From Nitrospirota bacterium (lineage in GTDB: Bacteria; Nitrospirota; UBA9217): a stretch of 64,000 nucleotides of DNA. The notes below the pieces were generated by a model that was given only the letters and a program-made list of their open reading frames with translations, was not told the DNA's origin and did no database searches. The stretch covers positions 192,001 to 256,000 of the forward strand of contig CAWBNQ010000003.1 of assembly GCA_963790205.1 (NCBI GenBank). Reading direction: 5' to 3'. This document shows positions 1 through 9,662 of this stretch, one piece after another. Within the stretch, counting starts at the first letter, position 1; each line of letters starts with the position of its first letter. A program made the translations under genes and the position numbers.

Positions 1-78
1 GCCGATGAGGACGACGGCCCCCACGATCATGAAGGCTCTCTTCTTTTTCCCGTTGTTCACGGTTTGTTCTTCAGCCAT
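1..78 (-). CDS. N-terminal part of a probable HlyD-family membrane fusion/secretion protein (runs off the window)
   Basis: ATG at 78 with GGAG RBS. Reads MAEEQTVNNGKKKRAFMIVGAVVLIG (basic patch then TM anchor). Directly downstream of a TolC-family gene. Confidence 0.55.
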   Translation of the reverse strand, partial: MAEEQTVNNGKKKRAFMIVGAVVLIG

Positions 79-98
79 GCTTTATCTCCCAAAAGAGA

Positions 99-222
99 AA
101 AATTTCAAATAACAAATTCCAAATTTCAAATAAATAAACTCCACTGTTCAAATTCCAATTCCAAACTTTTATTTTGGCGCTTGGAGCTTATTTGTGATTT
201 GATGCTTGTGATGTGGTGCTTG
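99..222. repeat. Two-armed 7-mer tandem repeat element (AAATTTC/AAATAAC/AAATTCC ... TGATTTG/ATGCTTG/GTGCTTG)
   Basis: Imperfect heptamer tandems whose left and right arms are roughly reverse-complementary. Intergenic. Confidence 0.75.
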
Positions 223-227
223 TCCGC

Positions 228-1517
228 TTACTTCCCATATTCGCTCATGAGGTCCCTGCCCATGGAATAGAGCAGGCCGGCTTCGGCGCGCCGGTACCCG
301 TAGAGCGCCCTCCACGAATTTGTCTCGGCCGTCGAGAGGAGCGTCACCGCGTCGAGCACTTCGATGGCCGTGCCCACGCCCTCCTGGTAGCGGAGCCGCT
401 GAATCCGAAGGTTTTCTTCGGCCGAGGCCACCGAGGTCTTCATGACGTCGATCTTCTGCGTCGAGCTCTGGAGGTCGAGGTAGGCGGATTTTACATCGAG
501 CCTGACGGCGTCGAGGATCTTGTCCCTCGTGAGCCTGAGCGACAGAAGCTCTCCCTTGCCCATGCCCACCCGGGAGGTCGTTGCGCCGCCGGACGAGAGG
601 TTGATGTTCACGCCCGCGATGAGCGACCAGTTGCGCGGATAGACCACATACTCGTTTTCCTGGTATTCATAGCCGCCCGAAAGGAAGAAGCTCGGCAGAT
701 ATTCGGCCTGCACGGCCTTGACGCTCTCTTCCTTGGCCTGGATATCCGCTTCGATCACTTGGATCTCAGGACTCTCCGCCTCGGCCGCGACCCAGGCCTG
801 TTCGAGGGTGATGCCCGCAGAGGGGGTCTTTTTGACCTCTTCGGGCTGAAGGGCGTCGTTCAACGGCCTCAAGAGGAGGCTGTTGAGCCTCGATGCCCTG
901 AGGGAACGGAGATTGTCCGCGGTCAGGTATCGCTGGCGTGAATCCGCAAGCGTGACATCGGCTTCGAGGACCTCGTTTTTGGTGACGACGCCGGCATTAT
1001 ACCGGACCTCGGCGTCCGTCTTGTGCGCCTCGTACCGCTGCACTTCCTCGCCGGCAACCCGCAGCATCTTCTCCGCCTCCAGAAGATCGTAGTAGGCAAT
1101 GATAAATTCGAGCGCCGACCGGTTCTTGGCGCGTATGGTTTCTATTTGCCGCGCCTTGAGCCCGTACTTCGCCGCGTCGATCGACGAGGACGTTTTGCCG
1201 AAATCATACAGGACCTGCGTGGCCCTGACGCCGTAGGTCAGGAACTTGTCCTGGGACGTAGGGGCGATAAGGGTGCCGAACTTCGCTTCAGGCTGGTACC
1301 GGAGCCAGGTCTCGTTGCCGTACAGGTCCACCGAGGGAAGCCAAGGTGAGCGCGCGAGGGAAACGGAGCTCCGCGCCACGTTTTCACCGGATTGGGCGAT
1401 CTTCACATCGCGCCCTGTCTCGGCAACGATCTTTAAACCCTCTTCCAGGGTGAGGGCGCGGCCCGCGCCGGGAAAGAGAACTATGCTCAGGAACAGAAAA
1501 AAGATAGATCGTTTCAT
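228..1517 (-). CDS. TolC-family outer membrane efflux protein
   Basis: Signal peptide. Two OEP repeats (PSVDL...LYDFGK; RYNAGVVTKNEVL; RYQEGVGTAIEVLDA). Confidence 0.92.
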   Translation of the reverse strand: MKRSIFFLFLSIVLFPGAGRALTLEEGLKIVAETGRDVKIAQSGENVARSSVSLARSPWLPSVDLYGNETWLRYQPEAKFGTLIAPTSQDKFLTYGVRATQVLYDFGKTSSSIDAAKYGLKARQIETIRAKNRSALEFIIAYYDLLEAEKMLRVAGEEVQRYEAHKTDAEVRYNAGVVTKNEVLEADVTLADSRQRYLTADNLRSLRASRLNSLLLRPLNDALQPEEVKKTPSAGITLEQAWVAAEAESPEIQVIEADIQAKEESVKAVQAEYLPSFFLSGGYEYQENEYVVYPRNWSLIAGVNINLSSGGATTSRVGMGKGELLSLRLTRDKILDAVRLDVKSAYLDLQSSTQKIDVMKTSVASAEENLRIQRLRYQEGVGTAIEVLDAVTLLSTAETNSWRALYGYRRAEAGLLYSMGRDLMSEYGK

Positions 1518-1910
1518 GCGTACCTCGAAAAAGGGCCGGAAAAATGTAAGTAAGCACTATAATACATTAAAACGGCAAAAAAGGGAAGTTTTCTTGCATG
1601 GATATTTAATAATTTTTCACGCCCGTTCAGCCTTTATATTTCACTTCACGCAGCACTCCCGACGGGTTATAGTATCCCAACCTGAAGAAGCTGGAGCTAA
1701 TAATAACAGAAAGCATAAATCTTTGACACTGATACCAGAAGTAGGCGCTTTTAAGCGACGGCTGATAAGAACCTATGAAATATCATGATTCTTCATGTTT
1801 TTATCAGTGCAAAGCCGTGTCAAAGAAGTTGACGTTTATAAAATATTCATTCATCCTGCGTAGAATTTAATTCGTCAGTAACTATTCCAGATCAGGAGAA
1901 ACAGGCCGGC

Positions 1911-2834
1911 ATGCCGCACGTCATCTCCGTAAGCAGAAGGACGGACATCCCCGCATTTTATCCGGACTGGCTCGTAAACCGGCTGAAAGCAGGCATGGTC
2001 TTTGTCCGGCATCCCTTTGGGAACAGGCTCTTCCGCGTGTCTTTGCGTCCGGAAGACGTAAGCGCCATGGTCTTCTGGTCCAAGAATTACACGCCGCTCC
2101 TCTCCCGGCTCGGAGCAATCGAGAAAACGACGCGCAACCTTTTCTTCCATTTTACCATTACCGCCAACAGAGAGCTGGAATTTCATGCGCCGGATTATCG
2201 CGATGCGATCCGGGACTATATCTATCTTGCCGGGCACTATTCGCCGGAGCGGCTCGTCTGGCGATACGATCCTATCGTCATAACGGACAAACTGTCCTTT
2301 GAGCTTCACGAGGAGCGCTTTGTTCGCTGCGCGGAGCTCTTGAAAGGCCATGCCGGGAAATGCATTATCAGCTTCGTGCATCCGTACAAGAAGGTCCTTG
2401 CGAATTTGAAAAAGTATACCGACCACCGCTTGATCGAGCTGTCGGAAGAAAATAAGCAAGCATACGCAAAGCGCCTGGCTGAACGGGCGACGGCACGCGG
2501 GATAAGGTTGTATGCCTGCTGCAACGATTATGCGCTCTCCCCTTCCGTGCTGAAGGCGAGCTGCATAGACGGGCGTTCCCTGTCCGAACTGTTTAAAACA
2601 CGGATCGACACCCGGCCGGCCGGAACGCGGAAGGAGTGCGCCTGCACCAGGAGCGTTGATATCGGCGCCTACGATACCTGCGCGCATGGGTGCGTGTATT
2701 GCTACGCGAACGCGGACAAAGACAGCGCGGCCGCGGCCTTGCAGCGGCACCATGCCGGGTGGAATGCGCTTCATATGCAGGTGGATGAAGAAAAGTCCGA
2801 GTCTGTGGAGGACCAGGAGGCGTTTAAATACTAA
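1911..2834 (+). CDS. DUF1848-domain protein (radical-SAM/SplB-like)
   Basis: N-terminal ISVSRRTDIPAFY, then FWSKN, WRYDP and C-terminal CACTRSVDIGAYDTCAHGCVYCYAN, all typical of DUF1848. Confidence 0.88.
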   Translation: MPHVISVSRRTDIPAFYPDWLVNRLKAGMVFVRHPFGNRLFRVSLRPEDVSAMVFWSKNYTPLLSRLGAIEKTTRNLFFHFTITANRELEFHAPDYRDAIRDYIYLAGHYSPERLVWRYDPIVITDKLSFELHEERFVRCAELLKGHAGKCIISFVHPYKKVLANLKKYTDHRLIELSEENKQAYAKRLAERATARGIRLYACCNDYALSPSVLKASCIDGRSLSELFKTRIDTRPAGTRKECACTRSVDIGAYDTCAHGCVYCYANADKDSAAAALQRHHAGWNALHMQVDEEKSESVEDQEAFKY

Positions 2835-3250
2835 GGGTCTTCTCTTCGCTGAGAGGGCTTGTGAACTACGGTGCAAAAAAAGAAGAAAGGATCTTGAACA
2901 TCAGAGACGATAACGATGTTTGCTTTCCATTTCGAGGGCATGCTTGAGCGCGGCTTCGCGCCAGAGCTGCCCGGCGCAGGGGAAAGGCAGAAGCTTTGGT
3001 CTTTTGATTTTTCAGAGGCCCCCGCATCCCGCGAACAGGGACGCGCTTTACATGACCGGAGTAGGTTCGGTGAACCACAGATCATGCATGCGCGTGCGTA
3101 GCGTAAGCGCCCATGGGTTGCCGTATCGTCTGGTACAACAGAAGACATGCTGTCATGTTTGCGCGGACCTGTGAGCGGCGGTGCAGAAAAAGAAGAAGGA
3201 TCCCGAACATCCTGTGCCGACTTTTTTGTAAGTTCAAGACCCCGTATTCG

Positions 3251-3472
3251 TCAGGCGGCTGAACGCTCTACCTTTACCACGTGCGTCGCCTTGGGGCCTT
3301 TCGGGCTGTCAATGACTTCGAGCATGACTTCCTCGCCTTCGATGAGGCTCTTGTGGCCTTCGCCTTCGATCTCGCTGTAGTGCACAAAAACATCTCCGCC
3401 GTCTTCCGTGGCAATGAACCCAAAGCCTTTGGACTCATTGAACCATTTCACGGTCCCTTTTACTGCTGCCAT
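3251..3472 (-). CDS. Cold-shock domain protein
   Basis: [15 protein letters not shown]...DVFVHYS (RNP1/RNP2). AGGAGG RBS before ATG 3472. Confidence 0.95.
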   Translation of the reverse strand: MAAVKGTVKWFNESKGFGFIATEDGGDVFVHYSEIEGEGHKSLIEGEEVMLEVIDSPKGPKATHVVKVERSAA

Positions 3473-3638
3473 TGCGATACCTCCTTCCTGAAAAAAAAGA
3501 AGATCACGGAGCTGCCGCAATAAAAAACCGCGAAGTCAAGAGTCTTCGCGGCAACTATACTGCAAACAACATCCGAACTTCTGTTTATATGTTCACACTC
3601 CCGGGGCGGGAAGTCAAGGGTTTTTTGACGCAAGTTCA

Positions 3639-3667
3639 TTGACAATCCCGGGAGAAAAGTCTACATT
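3639..3667 (+). promoter_or_regulatory. sigma70-type promoter for mltA
   Basis: TTGACA-17 bp-TACATT. Confidence 0.55.
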
Positions 3668-3716
3668 GTTTCCTGTGCGGTTTCGTGATGAGGTCCGCAG
3701 CGCGCACCCCGTGGAA

Positions 3717-4901
3717 ATGAAAAAAATTATCCTGATAGGCATGGTTTTCCTCTCGCTCTTCGCCTGCGCCAGGCATGTGCCCGTGACGAAGCCCGAAGAT
3801 GCGCTTGAGCGGATCTCGTGGTGGCGGGCTGCGGCGCCGAATGACGACCGGGAGTTTGCGGACCTCGCGGCCGCGGTGCGCCAAAGTCTGGAGTATTACA
3901 GGAAACTTCCGCCCGAAACGCTCTTCTCCCTCGGCCCTGACCGGGCAAGCGCCCTCGATATGGTCGTTACGCTCCAGAACTTCCTTTTGATCGTAGAGAA
4001 CGATTCGCTCTCCTATGAGCAGAAGGTAAAACAGATCAAGAAGGATTTTGTCCTCTACCGTTCGGTCGGCTCGAACGGCAGCGGCAGGGTGCTCTTCACC
4101 GGTTACTACGAGCCGCTCCTTTCCTGCAGGACCGCAGCGGACGACGTCTATCGATATCCTCTCTACAGACGGCCGGACGATATCATCGAAGTGGACCTGA
4201 CCCAATTCGGGAACGGGTTCCCCAAGAACAAGCTTTTCGGCAGGCTCGACGGGAAGAAGGTGGTTCCCTATTTCTCGCGCGAAGATATCGATCAGAAGAA
4301 GGCCATCGCCGGAAAAGACCTCGAAATCCTCTGGTGCTCGGACCTCGTCGATATCTTTATGCTCCAGGTGCAGGGCTCGGGCAAGGCCGACCTCGGCGAC
4401 GGGAACATCGTGAGCATCCTCTACGACGGCCAGAACGGGAGGCCCTACAAGAGCATCGGCAAGTACCTGATCGACTCGGGGGTCATTCCCAGGGAAGAGA
4501 TGTCCATGCAGCTCGCGCGGCAATACCTGAGGGACAATCCGGAAAAACTCTCTACCATCCTGGACCAGAACCCGAGCTACGTCTTCTTCCGCCTGGACAT
4601 GGGCCCGTCGCTCGGGAACATCGGCGTGCCGCTCACCCCGGGCCGCTCCATCGCCACGGACAGTAGGCTCTTTCCCAAGGGCGCGCTTGCCGTCATCTCG
4701 GCGACGAAACCGGTGATCGAGAACAACGCGATCAAAGGATGGGTTCCCTTCACCCGGTTCGTCGTGAACCAGGACACCGGCGGTGCCATCAAGGGGCCGG
4801 GCAGGGTGGACCTGTTCTGGGGCCAGGGGCCCGAGGCCGAGCTCGGTGCGGGCCATATGCAGCAGGAAGGGGAGCTGTATTTTCTGGTGAGGAAAAAATG
4901 A
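3717..4901 (+). CDS. mltA: Membrane-bound lytic murein transglycosylase A (lipoprotein)
   Basis: Lipobox LFAC. TGYYEP, LQVQGSG, NPSYVFF and QDTGGAIKGPGRVDLFWG motifs (MltA + 3D domain). Confidence 0.93.
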   Translation: MKKIILIGMVFLSLFACARHVPVTKPEDALERISWWRAAAPNDDREFADLAAAVRQSLEYYRKLPPETLFSLGPDRASALDMVVTLQNFLLIVENDSLSYEQKVKQIKKDFVLYRSVGSNGSGRVLFTGYYEPLLSCRTAADDVYRYPLYRRPDDIIEVDLTQFGNGFPKNKLFGRLDGKKVVPYFSREDIDQKKAIAGKDLEILWCSDLVDIFMLQVQGSGKADLGDGNIVSILYDGQNGRPYKSIGKYLIDSGVIPREEMSMQLARQYLRDNPEKLSTILDQNPSYVFFRLDMGPSLGNIGVPLTPGRSIATDSRLFPKGALAVISATKPVIENNAIKGWVPFTRFVVNQDTGGAIKGPGRVDLFWGQGPEAELGAGHMQQEGELYFLVRKK

Positions 4902-5173
4902 CGAGGTCGCTATTTGGCAGTCGCACCATTTTTTTAAGGTGCGCTCCTGTCGCCGGCAAAAGCCTGCCGATGCCCTCGAAGGACTGAATCTTAACTATTA
5001 CGCCACCCAAGCATGCGATGTCAATATTGAGACAAGGGCAAAGAATTCCGGTAGTATCATAATAGGAGCACCTACAAACTTGCTCGGCGACCGATAAAAA
5101 TGAAATAAACAGTGAGGAGGATGCTCCCCTATGGATTCATTTCCTCATCACCGGGCGAAATAGACTCGCTCGT

Positions 5174-5329
5174 TTATTTCGGCTCGTCCTTTTCGCTCAA
5201 AGCTTTTTTAAATGACTTAATACTTTTCCCGAGTCCTTCCCCAAGTTGCGGCAGTTTGCCCGGACCAACTATGATAAGCACAATCGCCAAAATAATAATC
5301 AAATGCAGCGGCTGAAAAAGTCCTTCCAT
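5174..5329 (-). CDS. tatA: Twin-arginine translocase subunit TatA/E (51 aa, not in the ORF track)
   Basis: [61 protein letters not shown]. Confidence 0.88.
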   Translation of the reverse strand: MEGLFQPLHLIIILAIVLIIVGPGKLPQLGEGLGKSIKSFKKALSEKDEPK

Positions 5330-5556
5330 GGAATATCCTCCTCGTGTATTTTATTGATTGAGCAATTCAGCCTCTATTGCCTTGCCCCTCAAAGATACCT
5401 CATTTTAATGCATCATACAATGCAAATTCAGCAAACTGCTGCAAAACTGAGTCCCGGCTTATTCCACCTGAGTATCCATGAAAGTAAGTTTGTTACGCCC
5501 AATTGCAATAAGTATCGCGGAGCGGATGCTCAATATCATCAAGAGCCGCGTCAGCA

Positions 5557-6558
5557 TTACTTCCCAACCACAAGAACCGCAAAGCTATCCTTAATCATAA
5601 TGGGTCTTGGCTTCGGTACTTCAGCCGTTGGCGCCGGAGCTGGGGCAAACCCGGCTACAGGCAGATAGATTTTATGGGTCTTTGTGTCTAACGCCATTGT
5701 ACGAGCACTCCGCTGGGTTAAAACTGTTTCCGCATCAAACTTTCCCGGTGACAATTCACGGGCTACCGTGAGCGTCCCTTCACCATTTGAACTAAATGCA
5801 AGCCCGGTCTCCGCATCAAAAGCATTTGCGTCAACTCCTTCCCCAATAGGAACAGTAGCAATTACTTTCCCTGAATTCACGTCCAGAACTGTCATGACTT
5901 TATTGCGGCATCCTGAAAATATCCGATGGTGCTCGATATCAATCGCCATTCCCGTTGGTCCTTCACAGGGTTTTATAGAATACCGTTTTGATATCGTAAG
6001 TTTTATACTATCCAACTCAACAACCTCATTCGTGTCCTCGATATTTACAAAAATCCTGCCCTTTTTATCCGTAGCTGCAAATTCCGGTTTACCACCAAGG
6101 GCAATCGTTCCCAGAACCTTGCCTGAAGCAGCTTCAAATACCGTTGCATCTTTGCTTTTCCCGTTAAAGGTGAATACGCGGAGGGAAAAAGGTTCATATA
6201 AAATGGCATCTGGGTTCTCTCCAGTTTTAACTTCCCCGATTACCTTCAGGGTGTTTATGTCGAATATGGAGGCGGTATTTGCCTTGCCATTGCTGGTAAA
6301 GCCACACCTCAGTTCGGGGGCGAGTGCTATGCCGTGGACTCCTGGGGTATCAGGGATATCACCAATAACTTTATCAGTCAGGGTGTCGATAACGACAACA
6401 TGGGCGCCGCGAGAAATATACAGTCGATGGTTATCCACGGTCAAGTAGTCCCAACCACCTTCACCCCCCAACGGGAGTTTATTGATAACGTGATAGCCTG
6501 ATGCTGCGTGTGCAGTTGCACTGATAAGCAGAAGAACGGTGACAATAAGCGATTTCAT
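5557..6558 (-). CDS. YncE/YVTN-family secreted beta-propeller protein
   Basis: Signal peptide. GEGGWDYL, GVHGIALA, GENPDAI and GEGVDANAFD repeats. Confidence 0.85.
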   Translation of the reverse strand: MKSLIVTVLLLISATAHAASGYHVINKLPLGGEGGWDYLTVDNHRLYISRGAHVVVIDTLTDKVIGDIPDTPGVHGIALAPELRCGFTSNGKANTASIFDINTLKVIGEVKTGENPDAILYEPFSLRVFTFNGKSKDATVFEAASGKVLGTIALGGKPEFAATDKKGRIFVNIEDTNEVVELDSIKLTISKRYSIKPCEGPTGMAIDIEHHRIFSGCRNKVMTVLDVNSGKVIATVPIGEGVDANAFDAETGLAFSSNGEGTLTVARELSPGKFDAETVLTQRSARTMALDTKTHKIYLPVAGFAPAPAPTAEVPKPRPIMIKDSFAVLVVGK

Positions 6559-7167
6559 AATTAAGCCTTCCTTTCAGAGTATATTGCTTAGACACCTGGT
6601 TTTTGTAAAAGCCTAGTATCATTCATCGATTCTCGAATCCCTTGCCTGTACGAAGTTATCTTGCTACGGTATGAAGCGCATTCTCACAGGAGCTGTCTCA
6701 GCGCTGCAATCTGCCGCACAAAAGACCGCAGATAATTCGCCGCATGATCAGGTCTTACCAGGCAGAATATGCCTGCAGCGAGGAACCCGGGAGGAGGGAG
6801 TAGAATTAGAAAATTAATCATAGCGGATCACATACCTTCAATATCGTCCAGGCAATGATTCTTCCGATTCGGCTATACAGAGCATTTTATGTCCCTGGCG
6901 TCGATGGCTTTCAGAAACTCGCGGCTGGTTACGGCCGTTGCCTGCCATTAATTGTCTCCAACGATGCCTTGCAGAGGGTCCATGCTCGAATCGTGAAACC
7001 ACGCTCCGTGTAAAAGCATAAAGCGCCTGCCGGCAAACGTAAAGCTGTGCGTTCATAGAAACATGCAAGTCGACTCCCACGGAGCAGATTGCTAATGCTC
7101 GCGGAGAAGATCAAAGAAGTATCCAAGATATCGACGTATCTTGTCGTTCAGCACCGCTACAGCCTGG

Positions 7168-8430
7168 CTATTCCACCCCGCCCGCCTCGTACCCGCGAAA
7201 GAACCGCGTGTAGAGGACCAGGTAAGCCGCCTGCAAGCCTGCTGCGACGAAGAACGGCGCTCTCAACATTCCCGCATGCAGCATGAACCCTGAAATCAAC
7301 GGCCCCACCGCGCGGGGAATCTGGATCGATACGTTCTGTAAACTCGACGCCAATCCCCGCCGGTCGCGCGTTAAACCAACGACGAGCGCCTGCCGCACGC
7401 CCGCGGTACCCTGGTTGAACCCCGCGCGCAGCGCGAAGAAGACCGCCGCGACGCCGAATACCGGCATGAGCGGAACCGCTATCAGCAGTGCGAGCCCGGC
7501 GCCGCGCATGATGATCACCGGCCGGATCAGCCCATGCCTCTGCACCATCCGTGCAACGAAAATCGAACCGACCGCGCCGAACACGAAGCTCGCGGCGAGC
7601 GCAGGTCCGATAGAACCGGGGCCGCGCTGGAAGCGCAGCGCGAACCAGTAGGCGATGAGAGGGGCGATCATGCCGATGCCCAGCCCGTTGACGATGTTGG
7701 CGATGACCAGGCGGGTCAGCATGCGGTTTTCGCTGCGGCGTTCGGAGTGCTCTGCCGGGCGCCTGGCCGAACGCGCGGGGGCCGGCTCGTGCAGACCGGC
7801 GATGAGCACGAAGGCCGCGACCGAGCCGGCCAAAGAGAGCAGGAAGAGCGGACGGTAGGCGAGCACCGCGCCCAGGGGGCCGATAAGGAGCTGGACGCCG
7901 CCCGCGAGCAGCGCCCCGAGCGCCATGCCGCTGAAGCCGATGGCGGCGTTGAGGCTGAACACCGAGCCGCGTTTTTCCGCAGGCAGCGCATGCGCGAGCC
8001 AGGCTTGCTCAAGCGGACCGAAGGGGCCGGCGCTGCCGTTGGCGCCGCGCCCGAAGCCGCCGACGATAGCGGCCAGCACGAGCGCCGGCGGCCACACGGT
8101 GACCAACGCGAGCAGCGCGGCCCCGGACTGCAAGGCCTCGTACAGAAGCAGGAAGCGCCGCCGGCCGCGGCGATCGCTCAGGGGACCTACGGCCAGCGTG
8201 AGCACGGCGCCTGCCAGCAACGCCGCCGAAAGCGTGGCGCCGATCTCAGGAGCCGACCACCCCAAGGCATGCAGGTAGAGCGTGAACGCCGCGACCAGCG
8301 CTCCCTGCCCGAGGCTGCGCGCGGCGCGCGCGGCCATCAGGCGGCGGACAACAATCGGCAACTTGACGTTGCCGGAGCGCGGGCTGTGGTGGAGGGCGAG
8401 GTTGCCGGGCGGGTTGGGAAGGAAACTCAT
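7168..8430 (-). CDS. MFS transporter
   Basis: About 12 hydrophobic segments. Motif A GPLSDRRGRR. Much higher GC than its neighbours. Confidence 0.88.
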   Translation of the reverse strand: MSFLPNPPGNLALHHSPRSGNVKLPIVVRRLMAARAARSLGQGALVAAFTLYLHALGWSAPEIGATLSAALLAGAVLTLAVGPLSDRRGRRRFLLLYEALQSGAALLALVTVWPPALVLAAIVGGFGRGANGSAGPFGPLEQAWLAHALPAEKRGSVFSLNAAIGFSGMALGALLAGGVQLLIGPLGAVLAYRPLFLLSLAGSVAAFVLIAGLHEPAPARSARRPAEHSERRSENRMLTRLVIANIVNGLGIGMIAPLIAYWFALRFQRGPGSIGPALAASFVFGAVGSIFVARMVQRHGLIRPVIIMRGAGLALLIAVPLMPVFGVAAVFFALRAGFNQGTAGVRQALVVGLTRDRRGLASSLQNVSIQIPRAVGPLISGFMLHAGMLRAPFFVAAGLQAAYLVLYTRFFRGYEAGGVE

Positions 8431-8771
8431 CGGTCTTCCTCGGCGCGATCCGAGACAATTGTGGATCGGATGCCGATAAAAGCACATCGAGAGGCGCTAC
8501 GGAAACTCGGGGTGCAGCAGTGATTGACGAGGTCCGGCTGTGGGAAATCACAATGATAAATGCCGTTTGCCTTTCCTTCCGGGATTATGTAGCTGCGCTC
8601 GATGGTGATCAATGAAATATGACCGCAGCGGGATTTTTCCTCGTAGTAGTCGGGAAGCGCCTGTCTTACTTTTTCGTCAGGCCCTGCTTTTGCGGTAGCC
8701 ATCGGCGGCATGATCAGCTGGTTGGCCAGGTTCATTGAACGCACTGTCAAAGGCTTGAGGAGAGAGGTCAT
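8427..8771 (-). pseudogene. Truncated NADH:flavin oxidoreductase (Old Yellow Enzyme) N-terminal fragment
   Basis: LLKPLTVRSMNLANQLIMPPMATAKA...DYYEEKSR..ISLITIERSYIIPEGKA matches the OYE N-terminus. Similarity ends after about 70 aa. Confidence 0.75.
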
Positions 8772-8774
8772 GGA

Positions 8775-9407
8775 TTAATCAGCCTCCGTAAAGTCAGGCA
8801 ATGACGTTAAGCCCCGAAGAGTAAAATCATGCACAAGCAAACCAAGGTAAGCTCCGGCAATGATATCACTGAGGAAGTGATAATCCATCGCGATTAAAGC
8901 CAGCGCCAAAGCGGATAAAAATCCAAAATATGCAGACCGGTATCGTGGATAAAATCTCCACAGGGCGATAACGAGAACCGAAAACACGGCCATGTGCCCT
9001 GATGGAAAACCACCGTAGCGTCCGACTCCATGGAACCAGTGAAGCTCCTTGACGTTGGGGTGACGTAACCAGAACCTTGCGTCGATCCTGCCAACTGCAA
9101 GCTTCAGGATCGATTTCAGGAAAAAGGAGAGCGGGACGGCACTCGCGATCAGCAGAAAGAACCGCGCGTGTTTGTTGTACATACCTTTGTGCACGGGGTA
9201 GAAATATGCCGTCCATGCAATTCCGGCAATGGCACAGACTACGGGGAATAACAGGTCGGAAATGTCCGCGGAGAAAAAAGGAAATCGCGCGTTGGAGATC
9301 AATACTCTTTTGACATAGACAGCGATTCCCTTATCCAGGAAATAGTAACTGCAGACGACAAGTAGCATGGCCAGGATACTGTTGCCTATATATTTTTTCC
9401 AATTCAT
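8775..9407 (-). CDS. PAP2-family phosphatase
   Basis: FPSGH and YHFLSDII motifs, multiple TM segments. Confidence 0.82.
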   Translation of the reverse strand: MNWKKYIGNSILAMLLVVCSYYFLDKGIAVYVKRVLISNARFPFFSADISDLLFPVVCAIAGIAWTAYFYPVHKGMYNKHARFFLLIASAVPLSFFLKSILKLAVGRIDARFWLRHPNVKELHWFHGVGRYGGFPSGHMAVFSVLVIALWRFYPRYRSAYFGFLSALALALIAMDYHFLSDIIAGAYLGLLVHDFTLRGLTSLPDFTEAD

Positions 9408-9662
9408 ATCATAAAAGATGCAGGTCTGAAAAAAGGTTTGTTTACAGAGTACTTTGGAAAATGAGTGAGTTTCTGCGCCGGAACAAATCAGCAACAGCGC
9501 TCAATTCAATAAGGAAAAGTATAATCGAATTTCTCCGCACTATAAAGCAGAAAAGAGAGGGCATCTTTGGATATTCAGATGACAACGAGCCTTCACATGG
9601 GTGACTATACGCCCTTGACCTTGAAGCCTGTTACGCCGTCAATTGTTTCGGTAAGGCGATAA

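Noticed and set aside
2840..3240. Small ORFs between DUF1848 and csp
   Set aside because: Overlapping short ORFs with no RBS or family motif that I can recognise.
6838..7126. GNAT remnant (ALCFYTERGF)
   Set aside because: Only one short motif, with no coherent ORF or start.
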